A DNA stretch of 64,000 bases, taken from the NCBI RefSeq assembly GCF_006345805.1, contig NC_043022.1, positions 24,304,001-24,368,000 of the forward strand, read 5' to 3'. Both the position numbers and the translations under genes were made by a program. The notes beneath the pieces were generated by a model that had not been told where the DNA came from, did not search any database, and saw only the letters and a program-made list of their open reading frames with translations. This document shows, piece after piece, positions 23,948-35,471 of this stretch; position 1 is the first letter of the stretch, and every line of letters begins with the position of its first letter. The stretch comes from Octopus sinensis (Eukaryota).

Positions 23948-24260
23948 GGTACTACTAGCGAACAGTGGTCCCGGTGCGCGCACGCGCGTACTCGCGCATC
24001 CACTCTAGCTAGTCATGACTAGTCGATCCTTACTTCGTATTTTTGTGTTACTTTGTTTAAATAATTAAATCACTTTGTGTTTTTGTGTTTTATTTACTTT
24101 AACAAAAATTATTAACTTTGTGTAAAAAAAAATTATTTATTTTGTGTTTTATTTACTTTGCTAGGGAGGAGTCGTAGGATCGACTAGTCACGACTAGCTA
24201 GCGCGGATGCGCGACTACGCGTGTGCGCGCGCACCGGGACCACTGTTCGCTAGTGGTACC
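23948..24260. mobile_element. CpG-rich long-TIR MITE with GGTAC termini and 9-bp TSD (Merlin- or Mutator-like)
   Basis: About 80-bp imperfect TIRs GGTAC(T/C)ACTAGCGAACAGTGGTCCCGGTGCGCGC... with an AT-rich core. TSD AGAAATGGC at 23939-23947 and 24261-24269. Partial relative at about 27490-27578. Confidence 0.85.
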
Positions 24261-26199
24261 AGAAATGGCGGTATGAGGTGCGTAGGAAGAGGGCATCATC
24301 TCGGCATTCAGATTGTTTTAAAAGCGGTGGTTGCGAGGTCGCACAACGGAAACAAGAGAAGAAAAAAAAAAACATTACATCGACACCCCGTCACCTCCCC
24401 ACACTTTTTCTTTCTCTCTCGCGCACGCGCGACTGTGTGTGTGTGTGTGTGTGTGTTGGTGTAACGAGAGCAGTAAATACAGACATCATCAGAGAGGATC
24501 TTGATAAATTTCGTCTAATCACTTCAAAGTGTTTCAAATTTTTCACTAGATTATTTTTTTTCAAAAAAATTATAGTTTTGATGTCGAAAATTGCATTACT
24601 CTTTTTTTTTTCGTTTTCCCCACTTCAGAAATAAATAACGAAGACGTTACAAGCATTTTAAAGTTATGTAATTATAGAAAATTTTGGAAGAAAAAAAAAA
24701 TCTGGTGAAAAAATTTAAAATACTTGGAGTGGTTGGAAGAAATTTAACAAGATCCATCATTAATTGCTATTAAAGAAACCAGTAGTTGTATAACAGGAGA
24801 CTACAGACAGGAGGCTGGTTTGGCAATGGGGGAGATTTGGCTGTTATTTCTAGCAGACCGAGCGACAATGGAGATGGAATAAAGGTTTCTTTTTCTTTTT
24901 AGTTTGTGAACATGTTAAATAGATACGGCGTGTTGTTAAGAACGTGTGTGTGTGTGATTGCGAACACAATTATGTCTGTGTCCCTTTCAGCGCTTTACCA
25001 TTGTGTTCAAGTTTGTGTTGGAGGCGGGAAAAACGAGTATGTGAGTGTGTGCGTGTTTGTGGCTGTGTGGTAAGAACTCTGCTTTTCGATCATATAAATT
25101 CCGGGTTCAGTCCCACTGCATGGTACCTTGGACCAGTGCCTTTCCCTATCGCTCCGTGCTGACCAAAGTCTTGTGAGTGAATTTAGAAGCCCATAGTATA
25201 CAAATATATATACGCACGCGAGTGTGTGTGACCACATGTTGTCCCTTCACCAACGCTTGACAACCAGTGTTGTTGGCTGGTTTGTGACCCCCGTAAACTA
25301 GCGGTTCGGCGAAAGAAACCAACAGAATAAGTACAACAAACAAAAAGGTACTGGGATCGATAAATTCGATTAAACCCTTGAAAGCAGTGCTCCAGCAAAG
25401 CCGCAAATCCAATGACTGAAAAGACAAAAAGGGGATCTATTCCATCTCAATCACAAATTAGATCCCAAAAAGGATCAGATTTAAAAGGCATGACGTTTAA
25501 TCTAGGAACAATTGCAACAGTAGAAGTGAACTGTGCTGGGGATCGATCCCGAGTCTCTCACTACCAACGCTCTAATCATTAAGTACAACTGTGTGTTTAC
25601 TACATATCTGTCACAGACAATATGTAGTATTAGCCTAATAATAGGATGTGATAAAAAATCTATTTGGAACTAGACCAGGACCTGCTAGAAGTAGCAACAA
25701 AATCTCATTCCTATCACGTTCTGACGTCTTTAAAACCTTTGAGAACCTTTGCGTAGACCTTCGTCACACGAGGAAGGCATTTGAAGCAATATTTCCCATG
25801 GGATTAGTGGGGAAGGTTCCTGGGTCGGGAGGTATGAAGATTGAAAAGGGCGCGGGACAAACTGCCTTGTTTGATAAAATCAAGAAAGCCCAGCGTCATG
25901 GAGAAGAAAGAAGAATTTTCATGGGTACAAACTGTAATTTGCCTTCTTAATATAAAGGGCAGGGGACAAAAACAGAAGGGTTAGGGTTAGGGTTTGATAA
26001 AGGTTGATTATAAAGTGCCGAAAAGGTTCAGTCTTTCTGATATACTTCTGTACAGTTTTCATCTAACCAAGTTCCACTCGACAAAACTTATTTGTTAACC
26101 CGAAGCTACGGTAAAAAGAAAAAGATACCTCAGCAAAAAAAAAAAAAGTACCTTGCACTAGGATCGAACCCCCGGAAACATGATTGTGCAGCGAGCTAA

Positions 26200-26341
26200 T
26201 TAACTACACGGCCGTTTATACATATTGTTAATATACATATCGCTTACATCGTTAGATGACACCGTTTATACGGTTTGTTGATATACATAATTTATACATA
26301 TCATTTATGCATACATGCACCGGTTAGCTATATCGTTGACG

Positions 26342-26422
<81 letters not shown>

Positions 26423-26490
26423 TTGATTAACAATGTATAAACGGTGATTATTAACATTGCTGATACAAACCGTTTATACACATACCATTG

Positions 26491-26544
<54 letters not shown>

Positions 26545-26900
26545 TATATATATACACACCGTTTCATAAACTATTAATAGACAGTTTATACACATTGTTA
26601 GTCTACACCGGTTATATATGTCGTTTATATATACCACTTATGTACATCATTAACAGCTGCTTAAACACTTAATATACACCACTCATACACGTCATTACTA
26701 TACACCGTTTTATAGACATTATTAATATACACCGGTTATATCGTTTATACGCATAATATATACAAGTGTAAACATCGTTGATACACACCGTTCATAGACT
26801 TCCTCGATATACATCGTAAATATACAATGTATGTACACAACAGTAATATACACCGCTTATATACAGCCCGTTTAACACAAGTTTTAATATACAGTATATC
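26200..26900. repeat. Cryptic degenerate minisatellite built from an ATACACCGTTTAT-like motif
   Basis: Recurrent variants ACACCGTTTATA, TACACCGGTTA and ACACCGTTCATA, interspersed with TA/CA runs. Confidence 0.6.
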
Positions 26901-26906
26901 CAGATC

Positions 26907-27482
26907 GGATCTTTTCGGTTTGAACGGCAGTGTTTTCTAGTGGTGTCATATGAAATTGTCACCCATAATTATGACCCTAGTATCGATCTATTGCATTTCA
27001 ATCTGTTTTAGGGTTAGTTAGAGGTGGGGGGAAGGTATCTTTTTTTCTTCAAAAATGTAAATAAACCCAGGATCTTTTCGATTTGAACGGCAGATTTTAA
27101 CATAATTTCTAGGTAATTAAAAAATTTTAAACTTCGTATACTGGTAGAATGTGTTTATAAAACATCTTTTTTTCTTGGCTTTATTGAGAAAATTCTATAG
27201 TTTGTAAGATATTTGTTGGGTTTTTTTTATTCAATTTCTGCAATTTCAACCAATCAGTGGCGTCTATTGAGTTAAAAAAGCATTCTGTGACATATGAATA
27301 GGTCCCTCGTTTAAGAAACAGATTGGGTTTATTTACATTTGTGAAGAAAAAAGATACCCTTCCCCCCACCCCTAACCCTAAAACAGATTGAAATGCAATA
27401 GATCGATTCTAGGGTCATAATTATGGGTGACAATTTCATATGACACCGCTAGAAAAAACTGCCGTTCAAACCGAAAAGATCC
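26907..27482. mobile_element. Inverted partial GGATC-MITE (26907-27069) abutting a full copy (27070-27482)
   Basis: Both start with GGATCTTTTCG. The first is the right end in reverse orientation. No matching TSD for either pairing. Confidence 0.85.
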
Positions 27483-28213
27483 AAATAATGTTTTTACACA
27501 AAGTAAATAAAACACAAAGGATCGACCTAGTCACGACTAGCTAGCCGCGGATGCGCGAGTGCGCGCACCGGGACCACTCTTCTTAAACAGTACTATTGAG
27601 GGTACTACATCAGGTTATCAATTTCGGAAACGCTTAAGCGAAACGTTAAAACGCCGTCTAAAACAGACATTTAATATCTTAACCCTTTGACTTAACCGTG
27701 AAACAGTAATAAAATAATACTAACAACAACGGCAACTACTTCACTGACATTACCTCCTACCGTCACTACCTCCCTCCTTCCCCCCACCCTGGCACTTCAT
27801 CATCGCCACAGAAATTTAATTACAGATTATCTCCAATGTAAAGAGCCAGAAATGATAATATAGCAATCTCATTATGGAATCAAATGTAAACCGGACAAGC
27901 AGTCTGACAAATATTGTCACCATCAAAACCCACCACCACCACCACCGCCGCTGTTTATTCCCTTTTCACATACTAAAATAGACGGAAGCGGGGGGGGGCG
28001 GTCGGAAGTGGTACAAACGTGTAAACATCGTATGTAAATGTGTGTGTATACGTCTTTCATCTTTTTGTTTTCGACCGTTGGACTGCGGTCATAGCCCCGC
28101 CACTACTTTTGTTTTACAAAGTCTCGTACTTAATTCTATCGGTGTCCTTCGTCGAACCACCAAGTTACCGGGGCGTAAACAAGCCAACATCACTACAGTT
28201 TTTTTTCTGTGTA

Positions 28214-28251
28214 TCTTTCTGTCGAAGAGCGTAGGCTCGAAACGTAAAAGA
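28214..28251 (+). ncRNA. Minimal type I hammerhead-ribozyme-like motif in a Penelope-like element terminus
   Basis: Stem I TCTTT/AAAGA, core CTGTCGA(A), stem II GAGC-GTAG-GCTC, GAAA-CG-TA site. The core deviates from CUGANGA at A6. Confidence 0.5.
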
Positions 28252-28347
28252 CTTTTTCTATTTCTATTCCTGAGCGCCATACTAATACATTTGTTTGTTT
28301 GTACTCCACCTGCCTTTGTCTTTTGTTTATTTTCGTAAACTTTCCCG

Positions 28348-28385
<38 letters not shown>

Positions 28386-29365
28386 TATACCGGAGTAAAC
28401 ACATAAATGTGAAACAAGGTGGAAAAATGAGTACTCAAATCCCAACTGTAGAGTAATATGTATATATGTGTATATATATATATATAAATATGTATATGTA
28501 TATATACATACTCACACACACACGTACACACTTAGTGCATAATGGTGAGACCCCAGGAGTAAAGGCATTCCAACTTTTTTTACGTCCCCATAACCTAGCG
28601 GATCAGTAAAAGAGACCAATAGAATAAGTATTAGGTTTACAACGAATAAGTCCTGGGGTCGATTTGCTCGACTAAAGGCAGTGCTCCAGCATGGCCACAT
28701 TAAAATGAGTGAAACAAGTAAAAGAGTAAGCTAACTGAAACGGAAGTAGTGTATTTCAACAGAAACCTAGTAACAAGAGGGTTAAAAACGGACACATTGG
28801 AGAATCTAGAGTAGTGTTTCTCAAACATTTTTTTTTTAAGGACCCCTTTGATTCCTATTTTACATGGATGGACCCTTATTGCCTTTTCATGTTTTAAAAA
28901 TCCTATAGTATTTTAGTAATTAAATGTTAGAAACTGTATTAAAAAAATTTAACAAATTTTTTTGAATTCTAGAAGTATAACCAATTTGTTGCACGTGAAT
29001 TTTTAACAGTAAAATCTTATATGGACCTCAAGAACCTCTGATCTCGACTGAAATAGATGATCTGTAAAGACAGGGTGGTCATAGATGGAATGCCTTTGAA
29101 TATAAGTCTGTTGAAATAGAGCTAATCTTGGGAGTTGATCAACAGTTATTGATCCTCTCAGCAAGGGAGCTACTATATGGTTGCTTGGCTCGCTAGAAAT
29201 AACAGCTGAAGCTCTCTCAAATCACAGCCTACCATCTTGAAAAGGAAGAGGATACACTAGACAATTCTACACTTTGAAACATACAAAAAGGAGAGATGGT
29301 CATATTTAGAATGTGTTTGATCATTCTATGTCTTTCCAGTCAGGGCTGACCTTAATCTTACTTAC

Positions 29366-29635
29366 TTGTACTTGTGGCGACATTCACCCTGGGCGGGTTG
29401 AGTCGGCTTCTTCTACTCATGGAAGAAGTTTCGTGGGAATATGTGGATTTCACAAGCGGTCCCCAACAATCCCGCATGTGGAGACATCCTGTTTGCTGCA
29501 GATTGTCCGCAGACGCAGGGACAGAATGACCGAGGAGCCAATCCGCCTTGGGTGGCCCTAACAGGAACTAAAGTTCCTGACAGCATAGCTCTGACACTAC
29601 CCGGTGAGGAGGGGATGGACTTTGGGGATCTTAAT
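29366..29635 (-). CDS. Candidate exon of an unidentified gene (270 nt from acceptor 29635, or 192 nt from acceptor 29557)
   Basis: GC-richer unique island with a perfect AA|GTAAGT donor at 29365. The 192-nt form is fully open (GPPKADWLL...SRRSRLNPPRVNVATST). The 270-nt form has one in-frame TAG at 29413-29415. No homology recognised. Confidence 0.4.
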
Positions 29636-30844
29636 CTAAACAACAATCTTTCTAGACCAGTAAATAACATGGTTGAATATATATTTAAAAAAATTACATC
29701 TCTCTCATTTATGCTGCTAACAAATAATACTAATAACAAAAATAATTTAAACCATAAAATAATTTTAAAATATAGAGAAGAACTCAGCAGAGGAACCAAA
29801 CAGATTATTAATTTTTTCTTCACCCTCCCCGCTCTGACACCATCACTTTTTTTCTCTTAATTATCCTAATTATGATGCTAATTCCAGAAAGATCCTGATA
29901 ATCATCGTTATCACTTATGGCCAATGTATTCTAATTAGAAGCAAATGAATGCACAGAAAAATGTTGATGTCTGCAGGAAGCTGGCAGAAGGTACCAAGTT
30001 ATTCTGGTCTATATTGTTTTAATAAGATTTGTTGTTGTTTAGCCCCAGGTCAATCTTGACCAAGCACATGCATCTACCATTAAAGGCATTCCAGCAATGA
30101 CCTTTACAGCTTTTCTCCTTTTAAAATAATATTATGACTGATTTGCAAGAGATTTTTCTCCACCTTTTAAAAGCAGGTCAAACATCAAGATTGTTGTTTA
30201 GCTCCCAGCTTTATCCTGTACAAGATGATCTAAGATCAAAGGCATTCCAGTTGTGACCATCTCACCTTTTTACCAGATATAGTGAATTTGGACTACATTA
30301 ACCAAAGCACCCTCTTCTAAGACTGTTAGTGTAGTTTGAGGAGAAATTTACTGGTATTTCTAGCAACCTGAGACAGCAGACAAGGGTTACTTTGTTAGCT
30401 GAAGTTACAAGCAACATGGTGGCTGTGATGATTGGTGGAGGGTAGGGTCGCTCCTTCCATTTTCAACGCAATACATCAAAACACAAATTCTTTCTATAAT
30501 TCATATATATTTTTTCCCCTGCTCTTTGCCAAACAAGATGCAATATGCTGCAGTTTTGCATTTGCTGGTGCACAGCAGCTGATATTTTAGAGCATTTCAA
30601 TAATAACAACAACAACAACAACACCCCACCAACTCAGCTCTACTCTACGATGCTGTTATAATAATGCACTATCTGTCCGCATTCACATGCTGATGCTGCG
30701 GTGATACAGTGCATCTTATCAATGCGCAGTAAATATATACATTACATTTAATATTTACCACCGGTGAAAGGTTAAGCTCTTAAAAGAAATGGTTTCCTAC
30801 AAAGAATATCTTGGCCATAAACAACTGTTGGAATGATTTATACA

Positions 30845-30874
<30 letters not shown>

Positions 30875-30875
<1 letters not shown>

Positions 30876-31076
30876 GACCACGTGTGTACCATTGGCAATT
30901 TTTTTTCCTCCGTCTTCCCTTCTCTGGATCTTTCCTTTTCCTATGTTTCTGACGAAGAGCTCCGCTCGAAATGTAAAACCCTCCTTCTTCCCTTCCTTCC
31001 TGAGCATCCAATAATACTATATTTGTTCCACGTCCTCGCGTTGTTGTGTTTTCTCTTTGTGTTTTCATGTTTCGAT

Positions 31077-31080
<4 letters not shown>
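30875..31080 (+). mobile_element. Penelope-like terminal fragment between (TA)n runs, containing a hammerhead-like motif at 30945-30979
   Basis: GTTT-CTGACGA(A)-GAGC-TCC-GCTC-GAAA-TG-TA-AAAC, followed by TTCCTGAGC..TAATA..ATTTGTT shared with 28268-28300 and about 32575-32610. Confidence 0.6.
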
Positions 31081-31121
<41 letters not shown>

Positions 31122-32163
31122 ATACATGCTCAATCGATAGAAGTATAAAAATTGGTTACTTTGTGCCTCATTTTGAGGTGATCCAGAGAAGACCAGAATA
31201 GGGCAATAATTTGTGTTTGGTGAGTGGCCACCACTACAAGACAGAAATGAAATGTTAAATTTATATTTCTAGTAAGGTGATAAGCTGGCAGAATCAATAG
31301 CATCCTGAACAAAATGCTTAGCAGCAATTCAGCCATCTTCGCATTTTGAATTCATATTCTGCCAAGGTCATCCTTTCAGGGCTGATAAAGTACCAGTTAA
31401 GTACTGAAGCTGATGAACGCAAAATGTTTAGAAGATGACAAAGAAAACACGGACAGGACATTTGAAGCCTTCAATCTTCAGTCAAGAACCGGATCATCTT
31501 CGCAATTTCGGCTGATTAATCTTCAGATTGCCACCCCCAAGGAAAATCTAAGCTAAGCGCATTAGATTCCTTGGAAGAAAGCCTCGAATGTATACAAAAG
31601 AAAGACGGAAAAACGGACGATGTTACACGAATAAGAATACAAAAATACGTAAAAACAATAATAATAATACGTAAAAACAATAATGATAATAATAACAAAA
31701 ACACATATATATATATACACATATATATAAATGGAATTTTACCAAAAACTGGAACAAATATACATTAAAACAATTGCCATTTTTTCTTATTTAAAAACGA
31801 AAACTAACTCTCTATTAGCTCTCTTAATAACAACGCATGTGAGATTCCAGCTCAGCTTCTATGAGAGAATACAACAACTCATTTGAGGGTATTCTTATTT
31901 AAATGAAAAGCTTCCATTAGAATCTCATGTAAAAGAAACCGTTATTAAATTAGGAGCCAAACACATCTTAAATAACAGAAAACTGGGTTATTTTACTAAA
32001 TCCCTTCCAACTTCTTGGCTATTTTGGAAATTAATTGCAAAACAGATGCTGTATCTTTATTAGAAATATGCTCACACAAAGAACTGGGCATGAATTGTTC
32101 GAAAGCATTCATAATCTAATTAAAAAGAAGAAAATAATTGCCTTGATTAACTGTAAGTGAAAC

Positions 32164-32203
<40 letters not shown>

Positions 32204-32645
32204 GTACTGTGCTTTGATGGAAAATTCAACAGAGTACTCCATCTGATGAGAGATAAATATTATTTATTTAAAAGACACAATACATGTCTTTAAGTGCTAC
32301 TAATAGTTTCATGTGCTGAGAAATATCTCAAACATATTCATCAGGCAAAAACCACATATCATAATGAATTTAACCAATTGAATAAGAGAAGAAACGGGGA
32401 AAAACTGAGACAGTAGCATATAGAAAATGCAGAAGGTTAAAAAAGTAGAAGTGAAATTTGAGAGATGGAAAAAGCACACATCACGTCTGTATGCATGCAC
32501 ATACACATATGCACACACATACACACACACATATATATGCACACACATACACACACATATATATATATATATTTCCTGAGCGCCTATTAATAATAATACT
32601 GTAATTGTTCCATTGTTGTTGTTTTTTTGTTTTCCCGTTTGGATT

Positions 32646-32680
<35 letters not shown>

Positions 32681-32685
<5 letters not shown>

Positions 32686-33060
32686 CTATATAAACGGCAG
32701 TTTGTCTGTGCGTTTTCTGTGTGTCTGTTTTCTCGTACCCTCACTCTGACCACGGCTTTCAACCGATTCTGATGAAACTTGACACACACATAGCCCAATG
32801 TCATAATTCAAAACTAACGCAGCGAAAATTTTGAAAAGTTCCCCCAGTTCTGAAAAAAATCGATAAATTCGACATGGGGTCGAGAATCAGAAACCCAAAC
32901 CACAGACCGTCTAGGGGGCGCAACTCCACCTTTTTTAAACTCTCAAAAAAATTTACCATAATTTTTTTCCATTTTTTTGCTATTTTTGGCTATAACTCTC
33001 TAAAAATGCTTTATAGTTATTTCCATTACAAACCTGAGCAACGCCGGGCGACACTGCTAG
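32681..33060 (+). mobile_element. Non-autonomous Helitron
   Basis: 5' TC start after A, 3' hairpin CCTGAGCAACGCCGGG then CTAG|T, and no TSD. Confidence 0.85.
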
Positions 33061-33450
33061 TATATATATAAAGCTGAAGTTGTCTGTGTATGGCAGGTTT
33101 GGTAGCCTTCAACTAACACCATCTCCTCTGAGACCCTGGCGCGCAAGTTGACCAAAATTGAGAGTATGATAGAAGAAGGCTTGCTCTTCCTTCCATAGAA
33201 GGAAAAATTGAAATCGGACCATGTTAACACCAAAAATTATTTACATCAAAAAGGTGCACTTTTTCTATGAAAATCCCGATATTTTTACGATTTTTTTTAC
33301 TGGTATGTCGCCATTTTTTGGTGTATTTCAACCAGAAAAATGTTCACTTAAAGAGAATAACAAGCTACATAATGCAAAATTTTTACTTTTCAAAAATTCC
33401 AATCCTAAAGGGTCGAAACAAACCCGAGCAACGCCGGGCGATACTGCTTG
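33061..33450 (+). mobile_element. Non-autonomous Helitron of a second subfamily with the same 3' end
   Basis: Different body, but 3' CCCGAGCAACGCCGGGCGATACTGCTTG|T. Confidence 0.75.
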
Positions 33451-33600
33451 TATATATATATTTACATACCTACACATATGCTTGTTGTGTGTGTGTGTCT
33501 ATGTGGCATGTTGGGTAAAAATGTGTTATTAATGAGGGAAACAGTATTGGTTAAGAATAAAGGGTAAAAATAACATTCTGTATACATCACTTAATGTGAA

Positions 33601-33966
33601 TCTCTCTATATATAAACGGCAGTTTGTCTGTGTGTGTTTCTGTGTGTCTGTTAGGTTGTACCCTCACCCTGACCATGGCTTTCAACCGATTCTGAAACTT
33701 GACACACACATAGCCCAATGTCATAATTCAAAACTAACGCAGCGAAAATTTTGAAAAGTTCCCCCGGTTCTGAAAAAAATCGATAAATTCGACATGGGGT
33801 CGAGAATCAGAAACACAAACCACAGACTGTCATGGGGACGCAACTCGACCTTTTTAACTAAAAAAAATTTACCATAATTTTTTTCCATTTTTTGGCTATA
33901 ACTCTCTAAAAATGCTTTATAGTTATTTCCCTTACAAACCCGAGCAACGCCGGGCGATACTGCTAG
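33601..33966 (+). mobile_element. Non-autonomous Helitron (paralogue of 32681-33060)
   Basis: A|TCTCTCTATA start, CCCGAGCAACGCCGGG hairpin and CTAG|T end. Confidence 0.88.
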
Positions 33967-34963
33967 TATACTATATAGAAAGCCACAAAACTTCAGATTT
34001 TGTCTTGAGAAAGCTTCTCCCATAGACAAACACATAGTGCTATAAAGCACTTCTTGACATCTACTACTACTTCTACACTTTCCGGGGTGCGGATCCATGG
34101 AATAAGCTGACAGACGAGATGCTGAAGATGCCGACAACCGTTCGGTTCAAAGTCTCCCTTGACCTCAAGTGGCCTGAACTCTTTACATGAACACCACCCT
34201 GTACATAACTCCATGTCCCCCTACATGGCGTTGCTTTTTGCTTTTTGAGCCAAAAAATTAACTAACTAACTTATATTTTTTAACACTCTACATCTACACA
34301 AGAAGCTTTCTCATGATAAATACTGCAGTTTTGTGACTTTCTATAGTTTATTCATGCTAAATAAGGTATACAGAATGCTGTATGTGTGTGTGCATGTATG
34401 TCCTACATTGGTATTGTTTTGGCTGTGGTGGTGTTGTCGACGTCCCATGTAATATGTCTAGCAGCTTAGTAAAGATGTGCACAGGCCTGCGGGATAAGTA
34501 CCTCACTTGGAAACAAAGGCTGGTATAAAGAAGGTCAAAAATATAACCACAAGAATTCTTATCAAAGCCATACTAGCTTGCAAAAATTTAGACCTAAGAA
34601 CAAATGAAGCATTCCCAAATGCTGCCTTTAATCAAGGGGAAAATGGTCTTTTTTTTTTTTTAAAACAAAATTTTTGAAAATTTTCGATTATTCTCAAAAT
34701 TAATTGAAATAAATAAACAGTGCATTTCATTAGAAAAATGTTGTGAAAAGGAGTTTTCATTCAAAATATAGTCACGAAAACTAATTTTATACTAATTAAC
34801 TACTGTGCTTTATCTCACCCCTTTCCCATTTTAATTTTTTTTTATAAATTTCAATTTAAATTATCTGTGTAACTCCAGATGCCAGCATGCAATTATCCAA
34901 TTCTTAAAGAGACATACAAATGGAACCCACTTTGCCATTATCGTTATTATTATTATAGTTATA

Positions 34964-35002
<39 letters not shown>

Positions 35003-35440
35003 ATCATCATTTAAAACACTTTGATTCGGCCTAATGCAACTTAGAGGCTCAATAGTATGGGAGCAGAATCAAATAGTTTTAAATAAAAATGTATGTGACT
35101 CTATTAAGTATATTGAATGTCTCTTTGTTTTGTCCACTCACCTGCTTGTGTGTGTGTGTTTATATATATATGTGTAGGTGTGAAAATGTGGGGATGGGTG
35201 TGTGGGTGGTGTGTTGTGATGTGATATATATATATATATATATATAAATTCTTTAAAATGTGTCAACTTCAAAGCTGCAGTCATGCTAGGGAACATATAC
35301 ATACACACACACACATTTATATTAGGGAGTATAGTCTTGCTGAAGCATTGTTCAAGAACAATGCCCCATTGGCCTGGGATTGGAAACCACAAATGCAAAA
35401 TCATGAATACAACACCCTAACCAATAGATCGCATGCCTTC

Positions 35441-35471
<31 letters not shown>

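Noticed and set aside
32765-32785. CTGATGAAAC resembling a hammerhead core (also at about 36970 on the minus strand)
   Set aside because: No stem II between CUGAUGA and GAAA and no stem I pairing. It is an internal Helitron/HINE motif.
35136-35160. Perfect CAG|GTGAGT minus-strand donor
   Set aside because: The upstream sequence is a CA/TA microsatellite with no plausible exon.
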